This document shows, piece by piece, positions 1-14,670 of a DNA stretch of 64,000 bases. Location: NCBI GenBank assembly GCA_010015585.1, contig ML975160.1; one strand, written 5' to 3'. Each line of letters starts with the position of its first letter. Position 1 is the stretch's first letter. Source of the DNA: Eremomyces bilateralis CBS 781.70 (Eukaryota). Made by a program: the position numbers and the translations under genes. The notes beneath the pieces were generated by a model. The model was not told the origin of the DNA and did no database searches. It was given only the letters and a program-made list of their open reading frames with translations.

Positions 1-3000
1 GATGAAAGAGTGAGGAGCCGCAAAATGGCGTGTCGGAGCGATCCTCATTCTCTGAGATGATTCGATGATATTATTATCGTCGATTTAGCTGCCCTTGACC
101 ACGCTGGGTTGGTGGTTCACCTGTCCCATCTCCGCGGGAATTGCATCCATGGTCGGAAGAAGTCCCCGAGAAATGCGACGGGAACACCGACCGGCAAGTG
201 GCATGAAGCACTGTCGCTATGCCGTCCTGCGACAAGACAGATAGTGAAGATGCAAGACTGAAGATGCAAGGGCTAAAGTTTTCTGCTATTCGTATGAGGA
301 GGTTTAGGAGGTTCACAGAGAGACGTTCACTGGTTCGGAGCAATTTGAAAAGAAGAGCCTATGGGAGAAGACCGAGGAGGGACGGGAGCGGCGAAGGACG
401 CCACTCCAGGCAGCCGTGATGCCAAGAAGCCCCCAGTCGGACCGATGGCTGAGCTAGACCCGATCAAGGCAAGAGCAACGTTGAAGAATGTTGACAAAAC
501 CGCAACCCGAAACAAGCATGGAATGACATTGTGCCAAGATTATCAAGGTAAGTTGGAAAACTTGAAAGACTTTGAAAGTTGAGATTCAGGTTGCATGAAT
601 GGCGGACGTCAGGCATGAGTTACTAATTAGTTCATGAAATTCCTGAGCAAAATTGGAATGGTCTGTGCGCTGTGGTCTGTGACTTTGGCACTTTGCGAAT
701 CTGTGGACTCACTGAACTCAGGACTGTGAGGACTGAGGAGAGAGGTATGAGGACTGAGTGAAAGGGTGTGAGACTGTGACCCATGATCCCGGATGATTGC
801 CCCGGTTCCTGGGCCCTGTCCACATCCCAGGAACAGCAGGGACAGCCCGTTACAACTACTATTATTAGAATGAGCATGAGCCGCCCAACGATGATTGGTC
901 CCCCCAGCCCGCGATTGCCTCTCTAGCGCACCCCTCCAGACCCGCACAGCCCGAGTTCCCATGTCCCATCCACACCTCTACTGACCACATTCCGCTCCGA
1001 ACATTGAACAGTATGAGGTCGGAACTAATCCCCAAAACAGGCTTCAGTACAGGTGAGCGTCACCTTTATGATTCGTATTCCGGTCAGTCCGCGGAGTACG
1101 GAGTTCGGAATATTTACACCTGTCGAATTACTCCGTCTCTCCCTCGTCATCGCTTCTTCTTGTCTTCGCAGGTCTCTTATTATCGAAACTCTCGGTCCTT
1201 ATCCAGCATCATTTCATCCTTTCATCATTCCCCGGTGGCTGAGACCCCTATAACAGCGTCCGACATGCCATGCCCATGTGCACGGGCAATGGATCGACAT
1301 TCGCAGGGTGGTGACTTGTGGGTGGTGACTCATGGCTGCATCGTCCACAAGACTTGATGACTAATGAGAAGAGAGATCTACCTATCAATATCAATCAGTC
1401 AATCATTCAATCGGTCAATGGGAATCAGACTCTGGATTGTCGAACCGGACGTGAGCAGTGGTGCAATTTTTGTTTCTTTTGCCCCTCTTGCTCTGCGCTT
1501 GCAAATATGACCTGGTTCCTACCAATCGGCGCCATCTTAAATACTGTTGCATGAAGAACACTTGCAGTCGGCAGGAAATATATGTACCCACCCCGCTTTT
1601 CCGCAAAATAAAGCTACACTCGGTCTAGCTCCCGCTGCCAAATGTGGCGAGGCAGCTTTTAGAATTGCCAAACCCAATCTGCAGTCCTTGTGCGGTTCCG
1701 GGGTCCCGATCGACAGTTCTGAGCTCTAAATCTCAATTCTCAGGGTTCCCTTGGTCAAGGATAGGGCGTGGCATGGCTACCAAACAGGGGTAGCATCGGT
1801 CGTTTCGCACATTGGCCATTGCAGGTTCTTCTGTTCTTCTTTGGTCCAGCTCGAAGATCGGCGAAGATCGGTGATGATCGGTCCAGTCGAGACTTGAGAA
1901 GTCGAGATTCATGTCCGAGGTTACCGGTGGGTGCGGCTGGGCGACCGGAACACCAACTATACCTACCTACCTTTGACTTTGAAGCTCGCAAGAGGCCCAG
2001 ATGGGTCACCCTATTGTTGAGCGTATCTTTCCAATATCATGGTTAGACACAGAATACATAATTCTCTCTTGGATTGGCCTGCTGCTTCGTAGCTCCAGAT
2101 TCGAGAGTTGAGAGCAGTTGGAGACACCATGGAGTTGAGCCTGCGCCCTGCGGTATGAATAGGGTACTGTGGGGCGAGTGTGGGCTCTTGCGGTACTACT
2201 ACCGTAGACTGATGATGATCAAAGACATGGATAGCTCCAAAGGACCCGGAGCCAAGTCGAGGCTTGCCAGCTTAGTGTGTGATCACTGATCAGATGGCCC
2301 CCCAACACAGTTCTGCAATCCTGTGATCTGGGACACTAGCTGTAGATCCATGCTCGCCGTTCTTGACCGTTGAAAACTAGCAAAGCCAAAAAGTGTGTGG
2401 AAACTTGAGTTGGCGACTAGGAGAGTCGGTCAGTTGGAATCCTACGAATGATCTGATCAACGTTCGAGTAGGGTACATAATAGAAAAGTTAGTGCCTACC
2501 GGCACGTACCCTAAGTACATGATACATTCGTCCGACAGGGCATGTTCTCTGGGTACTGGGTAGTACGGTAAGTACCGTCCCCCTTGCTGGAACGGAAACT
2601 TGGGAGGATGCCCACCTTGCGCTAGGACCGTGGTCTGCCACCCGCGATTCGGAGAGGAAATGATCGGATTTCGCCTTTCGGGTACCAGTATCCCCAGCAA
2701 AGAATCGAGATAGGCACCCACTAGCCTGTGGTCTAGGAATATTCCGTGACGCTTGGGATGCAAGTGACAGGATCATGATGGCTGCTTGTTCTTGAGGACA
2801 AGTTCTTCACACTCCTGTTTCAAACCTTTGGAGCCAATTGCCCAAGTACCTACCAGCAACGAAAATTGGGATAAACTTCCACATGACAGAGCCGAGAACC
2901 CCGAAGGATCGCACCCGGAAACGATATTGTCTACTATTGAAGACTCCTGAGACCTGGCTGCATATTGGCGATGTCCAAGGTCCGCGGGATGCCAATTGAT

Positions 3001-5265
3001 ACCCAACCTCTTCATGCGCCAATGTCACAGGCTGTTGACAGTCGACGAACAGGAGCTCTCGGAGACAATGAAAAGAACCATGTCCAGCATATGTACATTT
3101 TCTGGCTCCCCAAACATGCCTGCGAGACATGCCTTGCTCTGATGTAGCTCCAAATGCATGCGGTTATCGCACAGCCAAAACATGGCCACGCCACCACGGG
3201 GAAAGGTCGGGTAAGATAAATTCCCAGTGCCACTGATGAAGAGCTATTCCGTAGGTCTATTCGAATTCGACATCATGCCTCATCCCTTGGTGTCCGTGTT
3301 GGTAGTGCAGTTTCACTGGCACCTGAACTCAATGAGACCTCGGAAGAACTGAGTCTGTTAGAGCAGCAGAGTGGGTCATTATTCAGTTTGAGTATATGGC
3401 TGGTGCAACTACTCCGTAAGTGCTGATACATTGCCGAATCCCGGTTGCAGATATTAAGGGCGAGGTGGAGACACTTCAATGTTCCAACAGCTTCTTCCCA
3501 ATGTTTGATATACGATAATATCGTATTGATTGTTGACAACTAACATGTTCGAACAGGTCCTTGACTGATATCCTATCCTAAATTCATCTCATAAATCCAT
3601 CCGGCCCATGTCTACGAATATTCCAATTATAGCCTGTTCCCGTCCATCAAACGGCGGAGCCGCAAGGCAGACTCGATTTTGTAACAGAGTCAATCATCCC
3701 TGGTCGTAGCACGATAACATGAAACAATATGAATTGCTACTGGGTTATATTCAGGTCCGAAAATATCGGATGCCGTGAAGCTGAAACCGACATCAATCTT
3801 AATGCTCGCCCCCAATATCCATGCTCTGCTGTGAAACCAACTGTCCTACTATCAGTCTGAAAGTGGTTCAACATGTCACTACGACTCTATACATCCCCTT
3901 TAAAATGAACAGCTGATAATCGAGAGTATTATTTTTGGTGACGTTGACGTGGAATTAGTGAAGTTGTAAATCCCAACCTCATTCCCGTCGAAGTATCACC
4001 GCCCTGCAAGTCGCATACCGAGTATGCCAAACCTACTAAATGACCGAGAACACACAATCCAACCTGGGTTTGGGACTGTGCCACAGCTGGTTCCTGAATG
4101 TTGATGAAATGTGTTATCAATTGTGAGTTGAATACACTGGCATCCATAACATGGCAGAGAGTCTCGAAGATATTGGATATCAATGTATTAGTCATGCCAG
4201 AAGTATGGATTTAACACTACGGTTCCTTCATACCTAAGTTGGGTATGCATTATGATCATATTCTCGGATTACCTACAGCCGCGTACAGTTCACTTCATGC
4301 TCGAGAAGAAGCTGAGACACGAACTGCAACAGTTTCTTATTGAACTATCCTAGCCCCGATGCTCTGAAGAGTATATGTCCCCGAAGACTGAATACAGAAG
4401 CCCATCAAGACCAGTCCATCCTCTTCCTGCTAGTCGCATAATAAACAACCTTGTTCTCGCCCTCCACTCGGAAGCGGCGGGATCTACGCCCGCACTAAGT
4501 GGATATCAATATGCTACAAGTCGCATGATCCAGGGGAGCGAGTACAACTAATGGGAGAGACACGACGATACCGATCATGAGAAATCCGCCAAGGCGGGCT
4601 CTAGTGCTGCTAAATCGACTACATGAATATAACCAAATCGATGGCCGATCCGTGGAGATATCCAAATAGGAGTGGATCTATTTCGTGTTACGGCGAACGG
4701 AAATGAACGGTCGATGCGTGGAGGCCACTGGGATAGGATTTACCTGCCTACATAGTAAGTTGCAAAGCACGCTAGCATTAAGCCAGCTATGTTGGTAAAA
4801 CACGACGCAGTTCAAATGAAGTGGAGTGCGGACTGCTGAGTATCCTTTATCACGACGACACGACCTAGTGGCTCGGCTAACGGTCCTCGTCAACCCCTGG
4901 TCAAACACATAAGTTAGGACGTATGCCTCCAAAGCACAAGTGAATCGATCACCGAGCCGATATGCAGAACGAAATTGAGGATACTTTGCTTATTTTACTC
5001 TTTTTAGCAGAGGATGGATTACGGCTTCTAGTATCCTATTGCCAATTGTCTCCAGTCATACATACAATGTTACCTTGCGACAGGATTACCACCGCTCTCA
5101 TCCAAATCGGCGATGGTTCATTTCCTCATGATAGTCATCCAGTCATTTGTCCACTTGTGTTGACATAAGCGTTAGCTTCAGTCACCAGCCTCCGGCAGAT
5201 GACCGACTGTATTCATTTATCCGCCATGCCCCTCCTTGATGATCGCGGATCTGATGCTGATCTAT

Positions 5266-8224
5266 TCACAATTGATATGTATCCCGGATCTTTTGGGCTT
5301 GTTCGGGTGGAAGGTGGCTTAGGAAAGAATGGAAGTTGGGAATAAGCTGTTTGTACCCCGAAAGCACCTGGAATCCCATGTCAGTCAAATGTTTTCCAAC
5401 CGTCATCTTCAATCTTACCTCGTGGAACTGTTTGATCAAATCACCCATGTCCTTGTTTGGGGTCTGTGGTTGCGGCAAGGATGCGATTTCAAGGAAGAAG
5501 TCGAGCAGGATTGCTTCCATGGCTTGGGGATTCCGAAGCACAATTTTACTGAACCCAACCATAGCATGCTTTTTCTCGTCCATCCAACCAACATTGCGGA
5601 TCGTCCGAACGAATGGGGCAGCGAATCCAGCCAGGTGTACGGCTAACTTGTCCGAGTACGAGATTCCCATCCTCCCCAAGGCAAGGGCAGCGTTTTCGTT
5701 GAGCGATTCTGGGACGGTAGTGCTTAACAGGATCATGGCGAGTTTCTGAAACAGACCATCTACGTATGGTTCCAGTCCACTGTCAGCGCGCATGGCTATC
5801 TCACCGGCCGACCAACAGGCATTGTTGATGACCGCAAACGCAGTATCATCGGCATCTTGGTTGAGATTACTCACATCAAGCTGGTTGATGAGAATATCGA
5901 AAAGAGCCGGTAAGTAGGGTTTCATCTGGGGAAACACGCAAATCGCACAATCTCCAAGGAGAGCGTAGGCCGATTGCTTCTCGTCATCGTTCGGATCCTT
6001 CATGCAAAATGCTAACAACTCGAAGAGGTTCGGACTCGATGTTTCAACGAGCTGAGCACTTTTGGCCGGATCCATGGCCTGAATGATGGCGCTGAGAAGG
6101 TCCAGGCTCGTGATGATGAAATCCTTCTCGCTCTCATACGGACCGAGAACCTCTTGAACGCCCCAAAGCATCTGCAAGTTCTCATGGATCATGACGATAC
6201 ACCGGGCGAAGATGGGCTGGGCGTACGGCGTAAAGTAGGACCCAAGGGCGGTCGCGATAAAGGACAAACATTCTTGCAGAGGGAGAATTTCGCGCGACTG
6301 GTTGGGAAGTTTCGACCATCTCTGGATCAGCGCTGGCATCAGCATGTTGACAAGCTCCGGGGTCGCCAGATGCGACGTCAAGTGCTCGGCCAAGGTTTGA
6401 ACGCAGTCGTATAGGATGAACATGTTCCGATCTTGGTACCGGGCGAAACATTCGACAAACTGACGGACAATGACGGAGCAATACGGCACCAATGCATCCT
6501 TCGCTCGCTCCTCCAAGGTAGCGAACGCGGAAGCCGCAGCCTCCTGCACTCGTTTGTTCCCGTCGAGCATCCGCTTGAGAATGCCATCCATGATGGGTTC
6601 GAAGTACTGTTGCTTTCCGATATCGTTCAGGTGCGAGGCCCATACCGAATAGCGACCCAACGCCCAGCAGGTGATGGTTCGGACCACGGCTTCCTGGTCC
6701 GTTAGGAGGGTGACCAGGTAGGCCGTCAGCTCCGGTAAATGAGGTTGGACATCATCCATACAGCCGACACCGATCGCTCCAAGCGCGAGAACGGCGGCTT
6801 CTCGCCGTGGCCAATCTTGGTGACTCAGGTTGTCTTTAAGGTAAGGCAATGTATATGCAAAAACTGGTTCATGGAAATGGGTCGCCAGCACATCGAGAGC
6901 CGCTGCGGAACATTTGCGCAAGTTCCAATGGTCCTCCGGTCCTAATCCATAGTCGTCGTCCTCGTCCGTCTCTTCAATCTCCCCTTCGCTAAGATCATCG
7001 TCGTCTTGGATCGCTTGCTGGTTCGAGCCGTTGGCGTTCTTGGGAAGTTCTTCACCGTTTGCGCCGATTGCGCGTGATGCTTTCGGCTTCGCGAACACGG
7101 GTTTAATATCTTCCTCACGGTCTTCCTGCGCGGCATCCTCCTCTTGCTCGGCTTCAAGCCTCAGTTGATCTTCTTCATCGTAAACCATGCTTTGAAGTAG
7201 CACGGGAACAATCTTCTCCAGGTAGGGTGCCAAGGTCGCACGCAAATCATCGGCTTCACCGATTGTGAGCCAGAATTCCGCCGCATCCAGAGCGAGATCC
7301 GGATCGTCCACATTTTGCTGTTGCAGCAGGATGTAGTCCACCAAGTCCTTCATATGCGGTACGATCCGATCGGGGCTGATCTCGGCGATCTGGATAAACG
7401 TTCGGCACACGTACTTCCGCACCGAATCGTGTGAATCGGACGCAATGGCGAACAAGTTCTGCATCAACAGGTCGAGATTCACCATGACGATATCGGATTT
7501 ATCCGGAAGGAATACGTTTAGAGCCGCGAGGGCCAAAGCGCGGACTTTTGCGACGGGGTGTCCCACTGAGTTGAGCAGCTTGGGTATGATGAATAGCAGC
7601 GGTCGTTCGCCCGAGTACTCCTTCTCCAGAGCGCGTTTATTGTCTTCGCAGATCTTCAATAGCGCACTCATGGCTCCCTCCTGCGTATGGGCAGCGACGG
7701 ACCCATCCTTCGTATCAACCAACACGATCAGCTGTGACAGAACTTTCGGCCAGCCCAGAATGCCGCCTTGTTTTAACATCTCGGTGATGACACTCCCAGC
7801 ATAGTTTCGTATCTGAGGAAGCTTGTCTTGAAGCCCCAGCAAGATGACGGACTGGATATATGCCTTGCTGGTGTCCGGTATTGATTTGTAGTCCTGTCGA
7901 ACTTCGTTTTTAAGCATGAGGGCGGCGGCACTTCTGGCCAAGGTATACTGGTCCTGGCTCAATTGCACGGCCGGGGGTGCTTGCTCGTTATATACAAGGT
8001 ATGCGAGATAGTTGGTCATGTCAGGGGACTTTTTGGCGTTCATGAGCATCTGGTATTCGCATCAGCACAATGCATCCTCAATGGCCCGTCGACGGCTTGC
8101 TCCCATTCCATCGATCACGTACCAATTCGGCGTTTCTTTGCGCATTTGAATCATGCCCACTCAACGAGTCCTTCAGGTAAAGCGCTAGTTGCGCCAGGGG
8201 CACTTCTCCAGGTTGCCAATCCAT
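5266..8224 (-). CDS. KAP104: Importin subunit beta-2 / transportin (karyopherin beta-2)
   Basis: Exon 1 MDWQPGEVPLAQLA...NAEL (8224-8123), GT-AG intron 8122-8050, then the 927-codon HEAT-repeat ORF with acidic loop and 'WNLRKCSAAALDVLA', 'REAAVLALGAI' motifs. A probable short in-frame intron lies at ~5418-5368. Confidence 0.95.
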
Positions 8225-10351
8225 GGTGAATTATGTGTTCCTGACCGGACGCTGGTGAAACTGTTGAACGGGGTGCGATGGGTGCACCGCAATCGTTTGG
8301 CGGAGGAATAGGTACGAGTCGGAACTCGGGAGGGGCGCACAGCCGTCTTCGGTCGATGAAGATGCGCTAATACAGGCGAATTGAAACTGCGAATAGTATT
8401 AGATCAGGGATAAAAATTCGTCCGAAGCTACTCGAACGCAAAGGGAATCTCCAATGTGTGTTGAAGAGCGTAAACTATTACCTGGTCGAGTGGAGAGGAC
8501 TACCTCAACAACAGCGTGAAGCAGCCATGGCTATGAGGTCGGGTGATGGAGGTAACTCTGCTGGTCTAGAGAGTCCTAGGCGAGAAGGTCGGCAACAGCC
8601 ACAGCTGGGAATTGATTCGGGCAGCAACGATGAGGCGAGTATATGTAGCACCGCAAGCAGGAAGGCGAGGTGGTGTTAAGTGTGGTAAGGCCTGACGGAA
8701 AAAAGGACAGGCCAGCTATGACGAAGTTGGTGTGCACTGGGTGTGTGGGCGTGGATAAGTAGGACAGCAGGAGTATGCGGTCCTTGCAATGCTTCGGAAG
8801 AGGAGAATGGAGAAGAATCCAATGAGGTTCAACAAAGGAAGAGACAGACCAGAGGAGTGATGGTGGATGGAGGAGATAGGGTGAGTGGAGGGCAGAGTGG
8901 AGGGGGCGGATGGTGGGAAGTGGTAAGTCAAATTGCACTGCAAACTTGTAATTCCAGCAATTCCAGCGGGTTGGCTACTAGAGGGGATTGGATATCCTAG
9001 CGGTGGGGCAGATGTTCACACAGGTGACTTGTTATTATTATTATTGTTGATACTTTCACTCATTTTATGCCTAGCTCATGTCGTGTTAACTTGAGCTCCA
9101 GGTGTGAATTTCTGTCTTAAGAGTGTCTGGAGTTCTAGACTCCATGGTTACGAGAATAATCCTCGGTTCGAAAAGTACAAGCAAGATGCAACCAATTCAT
9201 GAGACAACCATATCGTTGATCGGTTTCCCCTTAGATCGGAGACACAGCTCTGACAATGGAATTCTTTTCCTGTTTTTCTCGAGGTCCCCCATATAGGCCG
9301 ACGGTGCAATTTAGGGTAGCGGATGTGTGTGCAACACACCAGGCAAGAGGTATGGCAAGCGATTATTATTACGGCTGAAAGCTTGAACCTGTGGAGTTTG
9401 ATAGCCGTTGCTCGTTGGTGAAACCGACTTGGACCCTACTGTGTCTAAGTTCTCGTGGCCAGTGTCCAGGAGATGTTAATAGCCATGGTCCATAATTGTG
9501 CGTCAGACGCCAGGAGACAGGCGACACGCTAGTCTTTTCATGATAGGGAGTGGCAGAGAGATGATGACCTAGATCTAATCATCAGGATATGGGGAGAATC
9601 AATCTGCCCTGTTGATGGAGAGCGTGAGCAGGACTGAGAGACAAGGAGGATCAGGCGGGGGATCAGGTGATCACGTGAAGACTCTCAGCCTGTCAGCCAC
9701 CAATCCTCCAAGGCACGTGCTCTCAGCCACAACTCCACAAGACACGAGACACCTTCCCAGTTCCCACATGCACATGCACCCTCCGAAACCTCGCCTCCAC
9801 AGTCAGGCATCAAGGCAGTAAAACTGTCAGGCCATCAGGCAGTCAGGCAACTCGGTATCTCCTCGCTGGTTGCAGTTGGGTGCTGGTCGCTCCTTCCACT
9901 CCGTCTCGCCCTCATCATTCTATCAGATCACCCTCTTGCCGCTTCTCTCACGTCTCCCACCACTGAATCCAACGCAATAATACTACTACTGTCCACTTCC
10001 CTACTCTAATTATCTGATTACCTACCTGTACTGACCTTACATTCTCCTTTATTCTGCTTTCCCCTGTTCTTGACTGCTCTGGGAATCCTCCTCTCTAACG
10101 CCGACCCGTCCCTCTCCCCAGATCCCAATCCCGCCTATCCGCCTCCTCCGGCATCCCATCGCTCACCCATCAACGTCATCACCACCAATCCTCACCTCCG
10201 CCACTCTACCCACTCTCTTCCACCTTGCAGCGCTGCTCGTGGCTTCTCTGCTGCTACCCGTCCCTTCGAACCTCCGTCACCACCGAAATCCCCTTATGCC
10301 GCCCTTATCTCGCTGCTCATCCACACCTGCACGGACAGAAACCTCTCCCGC

Positions 10352-11942
10352 ATGACGGGGGCGCCGGCCACCACGCATCCGCTCTGGGAACTTTCGCGAG
10401 AAGACCATCCTCCAAGCATGGGGACCCTCCGCGCCGTAGTGGCGCCCCCAGGCGCCGGATCCACAGGCAAAGGCATCATAATCGGCTTGCTTGCCGCCTT
10501 TGGTTCCGCCGCCTTTGTCGCCCTGGTGTTGATGCTCGTCTATTTCTTCCGATACACCCAGAATGGCCGCATATTCTTGGACCGAATCGGCCGACCGGGT
10601 GAATACGATGACGAGCAGCAGTTTGCGCGCGATGAGGCCGAGGCGCTGGAGACTATGGAGGAGCTACAACGATCGGAGTATCTACGAGCCAAAGGTAGGC
10701 TGCAGTTCGAAGTCCTGGTGACACCGCGCTAACATGGCGTGGCAGCATTTATTCAAGCCAACCCCCCCGAATCATCGCAGACGGATATTTCCTTGACACA
10801 GTATCTGGCAATACAGGAGAAGGGTGTGTCGGCGTGGGAGTTCGAACCCGAGCTGGAGATTGCCAATTGCTTTGTCGAACAGCGTACGGAGGTGGAGTTC
10901 TTTGATTCCGAGTGCAGCGTCCAGAGCAATCTTCCCATCCCAAAACAAAACGAAGTGTATTATTGGGAAGCCAAAATCTACGAGAAACCCGAGACTTCTT
11001 TGATCAGCATCGGCTTAACCACAAAGCCGTATCCATTGTTTCGATTACCTGGTATGTACCTCCGCTGCATTTGCAGGCGTATGATTAACTTGCCCAGGCT
11101 TTCACAAACACTCCCTCGCCTATTTATCGACTGGAGTCCGCCGCCATAACCAACCTTTCACCCCGACTCCATATGGTCCCCCTTATATACAAGGCGATGT
11201 TATAGGTGTTGGATATCGGCCTCGTACGGGTACCATCTTCTTTACCCGTAATGGGAAGAAGCTGGATGACGTTGCGCATGGATTAAAGTCCCACAATTTC
11301 TTCCCCACCATCGGTGCCAACGGTCCCTGTCAGGTTCATGTCAATTTCGGTCAATTGGGCTATGTGTTCATCGAAGCAAACGTGAAAAAATGGGGGTTTG
11401 CACCGGTTGCCGGCTCACTCGCTCCACCACCCCCATATGGCAGTGAGCAAGGCAGCATCCTGTTGCAAGAAGGTGGCCGTGACGCTCTCACCCCGCACGG
11501 AGGGGGATATCTGGTCCATGGTGCGTACCATGGAGGACACGGAAGGACCGCCTCGCAGCAAATTCGAGTTTCTTCGCGGCTACCCACTAGCCCTGGGCCA
11601 CAACGTTCCCCGACGGACATTTCTCTTGGAACCTTGTCCCTGGTGGATAGCCACGAGGAGCAAGATGCTGGTGAAGGTACCTCCAGCAGCGCGGTGGCAG
11701 CGATATCCAACCTTACACCGCACGCTGGGCTCGGCGTGGCCGATCTCCCCCCTCCGCCCGATTACGAAAGCCCGGAAGGAAGCCTGGATATTGACCGTCG
11801 GGGGGAGTATGAGGACCGGCGTCCCCTTCTACAAGACGGTCGGCCCGACCCGCCAATCCCCTCATATTCGGAAGTGGTTGGTGCAGAGAACGTAACCCGA
11901 GGGCGGAGCGATACCGTGGAGACGGTGAGGTCCGTTCGATGA
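10352..11942 (+). CDS. SSH4: SSH4/EAR1-type membrane SPRY-domain protein, Rsp5 adaptor
   Basis: TM helix (GIIIGLLAAFGSAAFVALVLMLVYFF), SPRY core (NEVYYWEAKIYEKP...KPYPLFRLPG) and PPxY motifs (PPPPY, PPPDY). Introns ~10695-10746 and ~11052-11098. Start ATG is uncertain (10352 or 10418). Confidence 0.88.
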
Positions 11943-12476
11943 TGATTGTTCGCTGCTTGAGACGAGATGCATGAAAGTGATACCATTTTTCGATTTACGA
12001 GGATCCTTCGTTTAGTGCGCTGCTGGGTTTGGGACGATGGTATTATGGTATTTGGGGTCTTATTTTACGGACCGATGGGGGAGCTTGGAGTTGTTTCAAA
12101 GGACGGGGCATGGCAAGGTTGGTTACCACTTGGTCGCAGGTCTATCTATGTTCGGCCTTTTTGCGTCCATATCATCGGTTCGGGAACTTGTGTATAAAAG
12201 CGCCGAGCTTTTTCTCCTTTCTCGGCGTTCATCCAGTACGTGGCGGCTACGATGCAACAGGAGACCTCAAATCCTCCACACTTATATAGGTGGGGGTTAT
12301 TCTGTGCTTGAGTCGCGCTTTAGCGTGTGATCTTTGGCAAATTGAGCGGCAATCGTGCTTCGGACTAGATAATCGAGAGAATTGCGCTGCCTGTTGGCCC
12401 TATCACGGTGGCATAGAGCTTCTCTTTATATCGAATTACAATCAGACTATCACCAAGACCTACTCCTGAAAGAATC

Positions 12477-13237
12477 CTATTCATTCTCGTGACTGGTCTT
12501 GGCCATCGATCTCACCATCAACACTCCCAAGAGTTCTGGTGATTCGGCGATCAAGCACGTTTTCACGACCTCAAATCCGCTCTTTTCGTACAAAGGACGC
12601 CCCGCCACGCTTGCATTGAGCGTTACTGGGACCCTCTCCTCATCCGCAAATTGTAGGCCATGCTCTAACAGTTGGCTCCCTATTCCGCGACGATGAAATG
12701 CCGGGTGCACCGCGAGGGCACTTAGATGCCATCGGGACGGGAGGGTAGCAAGTATCGGGTCGAATTCATCGTGCGCGACTTGGAAGAAATGCGCAAGCCG
12801 CTCCTTGTTCGTGTGCGAAAAGACGACGTATTTCTCATATGTGCCTTCCATCCACAACAGCAGTCGATTCAGCCCTTCGTCTCCATCAGCGTCATTGCCC
12901 GGAAGTTTGGCCGAGATGGTATACTCTTTGATAGCGTGTCATGCTGCCACCTCCTTGCAAGCTCATCATTCCCTTCTCGCTGCCACATTGTCATCCCAGC
13001 GATGCGCTTCCCATCTACGGCACATCCGTCTTCAGAATCAATTTCAAGCACGAATCCGTGACAGCCCACTTCTTCCATGCGATTCCTAGTGCGAGCCAAT
13101 CTCACTCGTCGCAGCTCTTCGGGATGTTTTTCTAACTCGGGGTCGAACCAGGTGAATAATTCGTCGTGTAGAAACGCCGCGACCTGAAGGTCGGCGACTT
13201 CGGAAATATCTTTCGGTTCGAGAGGGCGGATGCGCAT
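12477..13237 (-). CDS. GNAT-family N-acetyltransferase
   Basis: Two ORFs joined in frame by intron 12924-12875 (GTATAC...GCTGAT...AAG). Acetyl-CoA motif A 'LAVHPAFHRRGIGSQLL' and motif B 'ASVAGRPLYEKSGF'. Confidence 0.9.
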
Positions 13238-13776
13238 TTTCAAAAGAATAGAGATTACGAGGAGAAATTTACCCCTTTGATATTACCAGGCCTGTACGTT
13301 TTATCCCAATATCAAGACCAAGTCGAAGTACTGCATGATACAGCTGTGCTGACTGCTGAGGTACCTCTAAGTGGTGAGAGGTGTTTTCAAGGTACAAAAA
13401 CGAGAAACCAGACCTTGAAGCAAGGCTATCTTCTCAGGTATCATCTACTCACATTATTATTGAACCATTCCATCCACTGGTCATGTTGCATTGATCCGCC
13501 AGTCTGGTAATCGGTACATAAGCAAAAAGGAATGCCTAGGCTTCATTCAGCAGGTGAGTAATAGAGCGAGAGTCCTCACCCACAGTTTCGGGAAGCGAAG
13601 AAAGGCTCAGCTCAATAATTCAGTCAGAGCCAGTTCAGCCCCTTGAGCTTATTGATAAGGATATACATTTCTGTTTCTTCCAAGAGTCACGTCCTTAATA
13701 GCGCAAAACAACGTCACATATAATTCATTTAAATTGAATAAAATGATGATTCATTACTCACATCTTCTGTCTAGTC

Positions 13777-14670
13777 TTAGTAGCCACTTGGAGTGGAGTA
13801 GATGGAACTCCTCCTCCATTTGCTTTCCTCATCCTGTTCTTTTGCACTATCAAGTGCACTTGCGGAGCACAATAGCGGCACGTAGAGGCCCTCACTGCTT
13901 TCCGAGCCCTTTCGCTGTGTTGTCCTTCGCTCAAATTCAGACCCAAACCATTCATCGAGGTTTTTCAGAGAGGACAATGATCCGTCGTGCTTTCGGTGCT
14001 TCCTCTTCCGCTGCTTCCGCTTCTCCTTTTTATTCTGCACCCTGACAGCACGCAGGTGGTTCTTCAAATGATCTCCTATGGAGTCACTAATCCGGAAGAT
14101 CTCTGCCGCCTCCGCGTGAGGGTATGCATCAATCCAAGTATTGAGAAACTGAAGACGCCTGGATTTGACTAGCTTTTCTGATCGCATCCGACCTAGCATC
14201 CCTGCGCGGATTGAGATGAGAGTGCGACGGTTGGTCTGGATTTGGGAGAGGATGCATCCTGCGCAAACCTCCTGTGGTCCGGTCGGTTCCCTGATAGCCC
14301 AAGAGCGAGATATCGTGAACAGTTCATCGAATAGACTGGTGAGACCCTGCTGAAAAGCATCAGATACATCCGCAGCTTCAGAATGCGGGAGATTGCTGGG
14401 TCTAGTTGCCCTAGCTTGCTCGAACAAAACGTGAAGAACATCCTCAAGCAGGCTGGATTGTAACCCCTGATGGAGTGAACAAAGGGTTTTGCTTTTCCTG
14501 CGACTTCGTAATGTGGCGGGCAGTGATCTGATCTGGTCAACTGTCATTTGTTTATACACGGCCCACTCGGTTGACGACCGCGAGATGTCAGGACCGGGCA
14601 GGTGTGAGAGGATTTCAGCAAGGATGACAACCTCTGCCATGGTAAGTTCTTTGTATGATGTAGGGGCCAT
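13777..14670 (-). CDS. Hypothetical fungal protein (~300 aa) with CxxH/CxxC pairs and a basic NLS-like tail
   Basis: Long open ORF with protein-like composition; LCSLH, CAGC and KKEKRKQRKRKHRK segments. Start codon uncertain. Confidence 0.65.
   Translation of the reverse strand: MAPTSYKELTMAEVVILAEILSHLPGPDISRSSTEWAVYKQMTVDQIRSLPATLRSRRKSKTLCSLHQGLQSSLLEDVLHVLFEQARATRPSNLPHSEAADVSDAFQQGLTSLFDELFTISRSWAIREPTGPQEVCAGCILSQIQTNRRTLISIRAGMLGRMRSEKLVKSRRLQFLNTWIDAYPHAEAAEIFRISDSIGDHLKNHLRAVRVQNKKEKRKQRKRKHRKHDGSLSSLKNLDEWFGSEFERRTTQRKGSESSEGLYVPLLCSASALDSAKEQDEESKWRRSSIYSTPSGY

Noticed and set aside
8505..8528. 7-codon uORF (MAASRCC) upstream of KAP104
   Set aside because: Too short to distinguish from chance without TSS or conservation data.
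12857..12924. Apparent frameshift splitting the GNAT gene
   Set aside because: Explained by a 50-nt GT-AG intron with a branch point that restores the frame.
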